Source of the DNA: a virus
Reading direction: 5' to 3' (one strand)
UHGV virus genome: UHGV-0124295
DNA: 13,031 nt
The notes under the pieces were generated by a model. That model saw only the letters and a program-made list of their open reading frames with translations, did not search any database and was not told the origin of the DNA. Within the stretch, counting starts at the first letter, position 1; the number at the start of each line of letters is the position of its first letter. The translations under genes and the position numbers were made by a program. Positions 7,218-13,031 of this stretch are shown here, one piece after another.

Positions 7218-7527
7218 CCAAAGAGTAGTTGGCTTTGGGGTGACGTGAAGTGCAGCTGCACGACGGCAACCGGAAGATAAGCACCCGGCGCGTCACCGCC
7301 AAAGTCAATTCCATAGGCGAAATGCAGCCGCCAAACACAGCCAATGCTGCACATGCAACAGGAGGATTTATGTGAATGCATAACTTCAAAACCGAGGTTA
7401 ATTAAATCTCTCGATCCGAGCATTGACCTATTAGGTGGCGAGATGCTCTTTCTGCCCCTCAGTTCGAGGGGCCAGAAACCACTTTGCAATCACTATCAAT
7501 TCCAAAGTTGTTTCATCGGAGGTCAAC

Positions 7528-7800
7528 ATGACAGTAGTCATTACATATCTGGCTGACGATAACACCAGAAATCGCCGCAGAGCACGCAGACAGGCTCAAC
7601 GTGAACAGGCAATGCAAGAACAGCGACTGGCGCGAAAGATTGCGCTAAAGCTCTCTGGTTGCGTCAGAGCAGATAAAGCAGCATCACTCGGAAGCCTTCG
7701 CTGCAAGAAGGCAGATGAATGCAGCGGAAGTATTTGCCTGCCAAACGTAGCCATTTACACGGCAGGCTACCGGAAATCAAAACAACTGACGGCGAGGTAA
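7528..7800 (+). CDS. N: N-like transcription antitermination protein (P22 gp24-like)
   Basis: Track ORF 7435..7800; the real start is ATG 7528 with RBS GGAGGT (7518-7523). MTVVITYLADDNTRNRRRARRQAQREQAM... has an arginine-rich motif; the C-terminal ...GYRKSKQLTAR resembles P22 gp24 from memory. Confidence 0.72.
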   Translation: MTVVITYLADDNTRNRRRARRQAQREQAMQEQRLARKIALKLSGCVRADKAASLGSLRCKKADECSGSICLPNVAIYTAGYRKSKQLTAR

Positions 7801-7803
7801 GTG

Positions 7804-8028
7804 ATGAATCAGACATACATTCCATCATGCTTGAGAAATCTGCCAAAGCAGAAAGCAAAGCCCCGCAAGCAAGCCATAAAGGACGCTAAGGCAGAGGTTA
7901 TTGATCAAGCAATACAATTGCTCAGGGAGGAGTTAAGAAGTGGCAAGCTAGAAGGAATGATGATGCCCTATCAGCGCGGATATCTATCGGCGATTAGTAA
8001 GTTGGAAGTATTGAAGAGTGAATTATGA
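7804..8028 (+). CDS. Hypothetical basic helical protein (74 aa), ral/gene-17 slot
   Basis: ATG 7804 with RBS GAGG (7794-7797); the track start at 7801 is a GTG. No recognisable family. Confidence 0.5.
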   Translation: MNQTYIPSCLRNLPKQKAKPRKQAIKDAKAEVIDQAIQLLREELRSGKLEGMMMPYQRGYLSAISKLEVLKSEL

Positions 8029-8090
8029 GCTATCTGGAATTTCCGGATGGTTCATTGTTTTGGCAGCAAACCACTTATTTGAGGTGAGAT

Positions 8091-8561
8091 ATGACAATAT
8101 CATGGAGCGTACCTTTTCCTGAATCAGAAACTGAACATGATGGAATGCCTGTTTTCTGGAGATTCCAGGCGACAGTTGAAGAAGATGGAATCAAAATATT
8201 CGCACTTCAATATATAGCTTTTCATCAGACAGAGCATTATGCATGGTTGGTTCCTGCGCATTGGATTGTTAATTTTAAACCAGCACCAAATCAGTGGTTA
8301 CAGGAATGGAAACAAAGGAGAAATAGATATGCAATTAAGAAAGTAGCAAAAAATGCAGAAAGATCTTTTGCATTCCCAACGAAGAAACTTGCCATTGAGA
8401 GTTTATTGCGCCGGAAGAAATACCATTTAATGAGAATCAAACAAGATTTGGCTGTTGTATCAACTCTTGTTGATGGGATGAAGAATATTGATACATCAAC
8501 ACCAGATATTGAATATAACTTTGGACACAACCAAGAAACAGAAAATTGGGTATTTTATTAG
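8091..8561 (+). CDS. Hypothetical protein (156 aa), low-GC moron
   Basis: Strong RBS GAGGTGAG before ATG 8091. Visibly AT-rich relative to flanking phage DNA. No recognisable motifs and no obvious transmembrane segment. Confidence 0.6.
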   Translation: MTISWSVPFPESETEHDGMPVFWRFQATVEEDGIKIFALQYIAFHQTEHYAWLVPAHWIVNFKPAPNQWLQEWKQRRNRYAIKKVAKNAERSFAFPTKKLAIESLLRRKKYHLMRIKQDLAVVSTLVDGMKNIDTSTPDIEYNFGHNQETENWVFY

Positions 8562-8665
8562 TACGAATAAGCACTGTGTATTCATTCCAACGAGTGAATA
8601 CACGGAGCAATGTCGCTCGTAACTAAACAGGAGCCGACTTGTTCTGATTATTTGAAATCTTCTTT

Positions 8666-8691
8666 GCCCTCCTATGTGAGGGCGATTTTTT
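8666..8691 (+). terminator. Intrinsic terminator (tL-like) after the 156-aa ORF
   Basis: GCCCTC-CTATGT-GAGGGC hairpin followed by GATTTTTT. Confidence 0.6.
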
Positions 8692-8704
8692 GACGGAGTG
8701 AACG

Positions 8705-8953
8705 ATGATAAAAACTGATTATCCTGCAGAACTTAAACAAAAAGTAATAACAGCAATTAAATGCTCTTTTATCTCATGCCGTACAGATGAAGAACGATAT
8801 GTCGTTGAGTGTGCAATTGTCGAGTTTCTCACAGCGATGGAATTTACCGCTGCAGAATCAATAGATGTATTAAAGCAATCAGACGGAAATGATATTGAAA
8901 CGGATGATGTTATTGACCGACTAATAAAATCATTCGAAGAAGAAATAGAGTAG
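8705..8953 (+). CDS. Hypothetical small acidic protein (82 aa)
   Basis: RBS GGAG 6 nt before ATG 8705. AT-rich coding sequence; highly acidic C-terminus (DGNDIETDDVIDRLIKSFEEEIE). Confidence 0.55.
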   Translation: MIKTDYPAELKQKVITAIKCSFISCRTDEERYVVECAIVEFLTAMEFTAAESIDVLKQSDGNDIETDDVIDRLIKSFEEEIE

Positions 8954-9036
8954 CCGCCTGAGCGCGGCTTTACCGCATACCAATAATGCTTCACGAGAGG
9001 CATTTTCGTTATGCAATCAAATATAAGGAGTTACCC

Positions 9037-9171
9037 ATGATGCACTTTCAGCTCGCGGGTAGCGGCGTCATGTCCGCTTTCTACCCGCACGAATCTGAAT
9101 TATCACGCCGAGTTAAACAATTAATCAGAGCAGCAAAGAAACAACTGGAGGCGTTATGCGCAATGAAATAG
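9037..9171 (+). CDS. cIII: CIII-like protein (FtsH inhibitor, stabilises CII)
   Basis: MMHFQLAGSGVMSAFYPHESELSRRVKQLIRAAKKQLEALCAMK. RBS AAGGAG 6 nt upstream. The core helix resembles lambda CIII (ESLLERITRKLRDGWKRLIDIL) from memory. The track ORF 8986..9171 has an upstream extension that is rejected. Confidence 0.65.
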   Translation: MMHFQLAGSGVMSAFYPHESELSRRVKQLIRAAKKQLEALCAMK

Positions 9172-9308
9172 CCATCAATCACCAGATGCTTCGTGCAGCA
9201 CAGAACAAAGCAGTAATAGCCAGATTTATTGGTGATTCCAAAATGTGGCTTGAAGCAAATAAAGCGATGAAATCAGCTATCAACCTTCCGTGGTATCGCA
9301 GGAAATGA
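9156..9308 (+). CDS. kil: Kil-like small protein (50 aa)
   Basis: Not in the ORF track; MRNEIAINHQMLRAAQNKAVIARFIGDSKMWLEANKAMKSAINLPWYRRK. RBS GGAGG (9147-9151). Overlaps the cIII 3' end as kil does in lambda; the IA.FIGD.KM motif resembles lambda Kil from memory. Confidence 0.5.
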   Translation: MRNEIAINHQMLRAAQNKAVIARFIGDSKMWLEANKAMKSAINLPWYRRK

Positions 9309-9383
9309 GTTTTACAGATAACTGGTCAGACGAAGAATTCATTCGTCAGATGAAAGAATTAATCGGTAACGAAGGAGATATTC

Positions 9384-9554
9384 ATGTCACTTGCAACCAC
9401 AGTGAAGGAGAGCAAGTTACAGAGACGCATGTACACGCAGAAAGCTCTCTGGTATCGCCATAATGGTGACCGCGAAGGAATGCGGGTATGCCTTAATTTG
9501 TCCAGAGTCGAAGTATTAAACCAGCGTTATTTCCTTGGGCCATGTCCATTCTGA
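9384..9554 (+). CDS. Hypothetical small protein (56 aa)
   Basis: ATG 9384 with RBS AAGGAG (9372-9377); MSLATTVKESKLQRRMYTQKALWYRHNGDREGMRVCLNLSRVEVLNQRYFLGPCPF. Ends 8 nt before the Rad52-like gene. An alternative overlapping ORF 9305..9463 exists in another frame. Confidence 0.35.
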   Translation: MSLATTVKESKLQRRMYTQKALWYRHNGDREGMRVCLNLSRVEVLNQRYFLGPCPF

Positions 9555-9562
9555 GGTGAATT

Positions 9563-10270
9563 ATGGATTTGAATAAATTCGATGAGCCATTCGGCCCTGA
9601 AGATATCGAATGGCGAATACAGCAAAGCGGTAAAACACGCGATGGCAAGGTGTGGGCTATGGTGCTGGCTTATGTAACGAACCGGGCAATCATGAAACGC
9701 CTGGACGATGTTTGCGGCAAAGCAGGATGGCGCAATGAATACCGCGATATTCCCAACAACGGCGGCGTTGAATGCGGCATATCAATAAAGATTGATTCCG
9801 AATGGGTAACCAAATGGGATGCTGCTGAAAACACGCAGGTAGAAGCCGTCAAAGGTGGTCGTTCCGGTGCAATGAAGCGCGCTGCCGTTCAGTGGGGAAT
9901 CGGTCGGTATCTGTATAACCTTGAGGAAGGTTTCGCACAAACATCTCTCGATAAAAAGCAGGGGTGGCACAGGGCAAAACTGAAGGATGGAACAGGATTT
10001 TACTGGCTCCCTCCATCGCTGCCGGGATGGGCAATCCCAGCATCAGATAACAAACCATCACCAGAAAATACCAACCAGAAATCTCCATCGGTTGACTGCG
10101 AACAAATCCTGAAAGACTTCAGCGATTATGCATCAACAGAAACTGACAAGAAAAAACTCATCGAGCGTTATCAGCGTGACTGGCAATTAATGGCTGGCAA
10201 CGAGGAGGCGCAGGCTAAATGCGTTCAGGTAATGAACATCAGAGTTAACGAACTAAAACAGGCGGCATAA
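9563..10270 (+). CDS. Rad52/Rad22-family single-strand annealing protein (Sak/Erf-position recombinase)
   Basis: 235 aa; motifs AYVTNRAIMKRLDDVCGKAGW and GAMKRAAVQWGIGRYLYNL typical of the Rad52 N-terminal annealing domain. RBS GAGGTG. Sits immediately upstream of ssb. Confidence 0.7.
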   Translation: MDLNKFDEPFGPEDIEWRIQQSGKTRDGKVWAMVLAYVTNRAIMKRLDDVCGKAGWRNEYRDIPNNGGVECGISIKIDSEWVTKWDAAENTQVEAVKGGRSGAMKRAAVQWGIGRYLYNLEEGFAQTSLDKKQGWHRAKLKDGTGFYWLPPSLPGWAIPASDNKPSPENTNQKSPSVDCEQILKDFSDYASTETDKKKLIERYQRDWQLMAGNEEAQAKCVQVMNIRVNELKQAA

Positions 10271-10777
10271 ATGGCAAGCAGAGGCGTAAATAAGGTGATT
10301 ATCCTTGGTCGGGTAGGACAAGACCCGGAAGTTCGATACTCACCATCAGGTACAGCGTTCGCTAACCTGACAATAGCCACGTCAGAACAATGGCGAGATA
10401 AAAATACTGGCGAGCAAAAGGAATTGACTGAATGGCATCGTGTTGCTGTATCCGGGAAACTGGCTGAGGTCGTGGGGCAGTATGTGAAAAAAGGTGATCA
10501 GATTTATTTCGAGGGAATGCTGAGAACCAGAAAGTGGAAAGACCAGTCAGGGCAAGACCGTTACACAACCGAGGTTCATGTCGGAATTAATGGCGTGATG
10601 CAAATGCTTGGCGGCATTGGCGACAGCAAACAACAAGCAGCCAGCAGGCAATCACAGAAGCCACAGCAGCAATCATCACCAGCACAACACAACGAACCTC
10701 CGATGGATTTTGACGACGATATACCCTTTGCACCAGTAACTCTCCCCTTCCCTCGTCACGCTATTCACGCAATTTAA
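10271..10777 (+). CDS. ssb: Single-stranded DNA-binding protein
   Basis: 168 aa; OB-fold N-terminus [44 protein letters not shown]... and Gln/Pro-rich linker. The acidic tail MDFDDDIPF is present but followed by 15 extra residues. Confidence 0.9.
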   Translation: MASRGVNKVIILGRVGQDPEVRYSPSGTAFANLTIATSEQWRDKNTGEQKELTEWHRVAVSGKLAEVVGQYVKKGDQIYFEGMLRTRKWKDQSGQDRYTTEVHVGINGVMQMLGGIGDSKQQAASRQSQKPQQQSSPAQHNEPPMDFDDDIPFAPVTLPFPRHAIHAI

Positions 10778-10790
10778 TCAGGAGAAAATC

Positions 10791-11087
10791 ATGCCAGCGC
10801 CTCTGTATGGTGCGGATGACCCGCGCCGCTGTTCCGGCAATTCCGTATCGGAGGTGCTGGATAAATTCAGAAAAAACTACGACCGGATAATGTCGCTACC
10901 GCAGGAAACGAAAGAGGAAAAGGAATTTCGCCACTGTATATGGCTTGCAGAGAAAGAAGAACGCGAGCGAATTTACCAGACATCAATCCGACCATTCCGT
11001 AAAGCCACATATACCCACTTCCCTGAATATATCGACCCGCGCCTGCGTAATTACCGCTCACGCTATGGCGCTATCAGTAATGACTGA
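10791..11087 (+). CDS. Hypothetical protein (98 aa)
   Basis: RBS GGAGA 5 nt before ATG 10791; same strand and tightly packed with neighbours. Confidence 0.5.
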   Translation: MPAPLYGADDPRRCSGNSVSEVLDKFRKNYDRIMSLPQETKEEKEFRHCIWLAEKEERERIYQTSIRPFRKATYTHFPEYIDPRLRNYRSRYGAISND

Positions 11088-11097
11088 GGAATTTACC

Positions 11098-11265
11098 ATG
11101 AGAGGACTTGCATACAATCCCGGAATTCTTCCGGCAGAAATGATTATTCGTCAACGCGTAAAGCCAATGCCATCGAGAGAGGAATTGCTTAAGAGAAATA
11201 GTTTCGGTTCTGTTAATGACAACAAATATCTGAATGCAATGTGGCGCAAAGGAGGCAAGCAGTGA
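11098..11265 (+). CDS. Hypothetical small protein (55 aa)
   Basis: ATG 11098 with RBS GAGGA 7 nt upstream; it is the 3' part of track ORF 10945..11265, whose 5' part overlaps the previous gene and is rejected. Confidence 0.4.
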   Translation: MRGLAYNPGILPAEMIIRQRVKPMPSREELLKRNSFGSVNDNKYLNAMWRKGGKQ

Positions 11266-11852
11266 GCAACATCGACAAACAGGCGCAGCGTAAAGCAAAG
11301 GTAATCACAAAGGAATTTGTTGAGGAACACCTTCACTACGATGGGAAGGATTTTTTCTGGAAGAAGCGCGAACCAAGTTCGTTTTCTGACAGCCGCACAT
11401 GCAAGGTTTGGAATACTCGAATTGCAGGGAAGCGGGCCGGAGGAATCAGCGCTCAAGGTTATGTAGAAATTCAAATCAAAGGGAGTCGATATAAGGCTCA
11501 TAGATTAGCGTGGTGTCTTGTTCATGGCGATATACCAACAGACATGCAGGTTGATCACATTAACCACGACCGAACTGATAACCGAATAGAGAATCTGCGC
11601 CTTGTTGATAATCAGGGAAACCAAAAGAACTCTTCGATACGAAAGGACAACATTGGAGGCTGCACAGGTGTTACCTGGAATCCTAGCCATAAAAGATGGA
11701 TTGCCTACATACGCGAAAATGGTAAGCACAAGCACATTGGTAGCTTCATTAAATTCTCTGATGCTGTAAGAGCAAGAGAGGAAGCTCAGGCAAGGCTTGG
11801 ATTCCACATGAATCACGGCGCCGCTGGCATTCGCATCAAAGGAGGTGAGTAA
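11262..11852 (+). CDS. HNH endonuclease with C-terminal AP2-type DNA-binding domain
   Basis: HNH_3-like motif [16 protein letters not shown]...[27 protein letters not shown] and AP2-like [40 protein letters not shown]. Probable GTG start at 11262 after RBS GGAGG; the track start is GTG 11241. Confidence 0.78.
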   Translation: MSNIDKQAQRKAKVITKEFVEEHLHYDGKDFFWKKREPSSFSDSRTCKVWNTRIAGKRAGGISAQGYVEIQIKGSRYKAHRLAWCLVHGDIPTDMQVDHINHDRTDNRIENLRLVDNQGNQKNSSIRKDNIGGCTGVTWNPSHKRWIAYIRENGKHKHIGSFIKFSDAVRAREEAQARLGFHMNHGAAGIRIKGGE

Positions 11853-12028
11853 TGCGTGTGGCATTTTTCGGCTTGTTACCGTACCCGACTCGTTTTTGGG
11901 CTTCTGCGCTAATTGCAAAGCCACAGGTCCTGATGGCTGACAACATCACCCCAGCACCAAAGCGCCGCCATACCGGTATTGCAGCTGCACGGCGCGCAGT
12001 AAAGAAACGCAGGAGAGCAAAACGATGA
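11852..12028 (+). CDS. Hypothetical small protein (58 aa) with basic C-terminus
   Basis: ATG 11852 overlaps the HNH stop (TAATG) and follows [70 protein letters not shown]. Below the track cutoff. Confidence 0.4.
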   Translation: MRVAFFGLLPYPTRFWASALIAKPQVLMADNITPAPKRRHTGIAAARRAVKKRRRAKR

Positions 12029-12216
12029 AAAACCGTAAAGCAAAGATGCTTATTTCCCGTGTATACAGCCGTTGCTATCCCAGCCAGTGGTTGAGAGTTA
12101 GCAATCGCCGTATGGTGTTGTACTTATATTCTGGAATTGCCAGAGAGGGAATCAAAGATAAGCCCAGCGCAGCGCAAAACCGCTGGAAAAACCACTTGCG
12201 CACTAAAGGAGAGTAA
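12025..12216 (+). CDS. Hypothetical basic protein (63 aa)
   Basis: ATG 12025 overlaps the previous stop (ATGA); RBS AGGAGA upstream. Confidence 0.45.
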   Translation: MKNRKAKMLISRVYSRCYPSQWLRVSNRRMVLYLYSGIAREGIKDKPSAAQNRWKNHLRTKGE

Positions 12217-12217
12217 T

Positions 12218-12436
12218 GTGCCAACATTATTCAGAAAAGAATATCCGCGAAGAAGTCGAATAACAGAACTCCTGTTTATCATTCTGTTTATCGTGTTGAT
12301 GATACCGATAAACCTGCTGTTTCTGGTTTGGATAATCGGAAAAATATTTGAGCCGATTGTTGAATTGTATATCGATATGACATGGGAACCATTCAGGGCG
12401 CTACACAATAAAATTAATCCGTATAAGGAAAGCTGA
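12218..12436 (+). CDS. Hypothetical small membrane protein (72 aa, GTG start)
   Basis: GTG 12218 follows RBS AAAGGAGAG; one strongly hydrophobic segment ITELLFIILFIVLMIPINLLFLVWIIGKIF. The track ORF 12137..12436 starts at an upstream TTG inside the previous gene. Confidence 0.5.
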   Translation: MPTLFRKEYPRRSRITELLFIILFIVLMIPINLLFLVWIIGKIFEPIVELYIDMTWEPFRALHNKINPYKES

Positions 12437-12437
12437 T

Positions 12438-12701
12438 ATGGCAACTTTGACAAAAAAAGAACAGGCATGGTTGAACGAATTACAGGAAGTTCTTGATCGC
12501 TGTCCATCACCGAAAAAAATTGGTTTTTACACCATTGGCGATAAAAGCATTTACCTGTATGACCTGCGCCGCATGGATGAAATCATGGAGGCTCTTGATA
12601 ATCGTTCGTCGATGGATTGGTGTGTTGCTGTCCATGATATGAATGCAGGGTTTGATGAAAAGATTTTGTTCCCCTCATCAGTTGAAAGCACTGCGGGTTA
12701 A
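12438..12701 (+). CDS. Hypothetical protein (87 aa)
   Basis: RBS AAGGAAAG before ATG 12438, 1 nt after the previous stop. Confidence 0.55.
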   Translation: MATLTKKEQAWLNELQEVLDRCPSPKKIGFYTIGDKSIYLYDLRRMDEIMEALDNRSSMDWCVAVHDMNAGFDEKILFPSSVESTAG

Positions 12702-12711
12702 GGAGTAACAC

Positions 12712-13031
12712 ATGACCACTATTACCAAAGAACGTATCGAATTGTTCATTAAATCCCCGCTTGAAAACGGGCTTACCCGTGGCGAACAAATGGAAGTGGC
12801 ACGGATTGCTTTGGCATCACTGGAAGCAGATCCTATTGGTGAAGTTTCAGAGAAGCGATACGGCCTTATTATGGATGGAACGGTAGACCTTGGCGGGAAA
12901 TCAACTTATCGCATCATTAAGGGAGAAAAAGCGATGAAGTTGTTTCCGCTGGGGACGAAGTTTTATACCGCCCCGCCAGCGCCGGTATCTGTGCCCGCTG
13001 CGATGGAAATTGATGATGACTTTGACAGCGC
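12712..13031 (+). CDS. Hypothetical protein, 3'-truncated by the window edge
   Basis: RBS AGGAG 6 nt before ATG 12712; the open frame MTTITKERIELFIKSPLENGLTRGEQMEVARIAL... runs to the end of the window. Confidence 0.5.
   Translation, partial: MTTITKERIELFIKSPLENGLTRGEQMEVARIALASLEADPIGEVSEKRYGLIMDGTVDLGGKSTYRIIKGEKAMKLFPLGTKFYTAPPAPVSVPAAMEIDDDFDS

Noticed and set aside
7444-7480. Possible tRNA-like T-arm (GTTCGAG)
   Set aside because: The hairpin has a 7-bp stem and a 5-nt loop, not the 5-bp/7-nt T-arm geometry, and no D-arm, anticodon arm or acceptor pairing could be built.
7129-7556. ORFs 7129..7389 (-), 7181..7489 (-) and 7344..7556 (+) in the N leader
   Set aside because: They overlap pL and nutL or lack RBSs, and their translations have unprotein-like composition; the region is better treated as a structured leader.
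8291-9003. Minus-strand ORFs 8291..8530 and 8719..9003
   Set aside because: They are antisense to AT-rich plus-strand genes with strong RBSs; AT-rich DNA commonly yields spurious hydrophobic antisense ORFs.
8986-9036. Upstream extension of cIII (MLHERHFRYAIKYKELP)
   Set aside because: There is no RBS before 8986, whereas the internal ATG at 9037 has a consensus AAGGAG and gives a CIII-sized product.
9670-10568. Minus-strand ORFs inside the Rad52-like and ssb genes
   Set aside because: They are antisense to confidently assigned genes.
10945-11097. 5' part of track ORF 10945..11265
   Set aside because: It overlaps the preceding 98-aa gene in another frame; only the part from ATG 11098, which has its own RBS, is kept.
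10867-12789. Minus-strand ORFs 10867..11061, 11074..11298, 11151..11501, 11505..11924, 12124..12510 and 12583..12789
   Set aside because: All are antisense to a tightly coupled plus-strand operon with good RBSs, including the HNH gene with clear motifs, and no minus-strand promoter or RBS was evident.

Overview
This window is the early/regulatory region of a temperate lambdoid prophage (a lambda/P22-type mosaic from an enterobacterium), shown in reverse orientation to the conventional lambda map. All calls come from reading the sequence and from remembered protein sequences; no database search was run. Minus strand, right to left (the pR operon): P22-type cro, nutR (boxA plus boxB hairpin), lambda-like cII with an internal pRE site and an antisense oop-like RNA, an extra 90-aa ORF, an O-like replication initiator containing an iteron origin, a DnaB-family helicase, a terminator, a small Cys-rich ORF, then ninB-ninC-ninD-ninE-(NinX-like insert)-ninF-ninG chained by overlapping stop/start codons. 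Centre: P22-type c2 repressor on the plus strand, flanked by oR and oL operator clusters of 18-bp sites. Plus strand (the pL operon): nutL, a ~300-nt structured leader, an N-like antiterminator, a low-GC block of three unknown ORFs (74, 156, 82 aa), cIII-like, kil-like, a Rad52-family annealing protein, SSB with an unusual C-terminal extension, an HNH-AP2 endonuclease and a run of short ea-type ORFs. No rRNA, tRNA, CRISPR array or transposase was seen. The best candidates for undescribed function are the low-GC accessory block at 7801-8953, the extra ORF between cII and O, and the short-ORF cluster at 10791-13031. Several genes below the 60-aa cutoff of the ORF track (ninF, ninE, ninD, cIII, kil and others) were found by manual translation.
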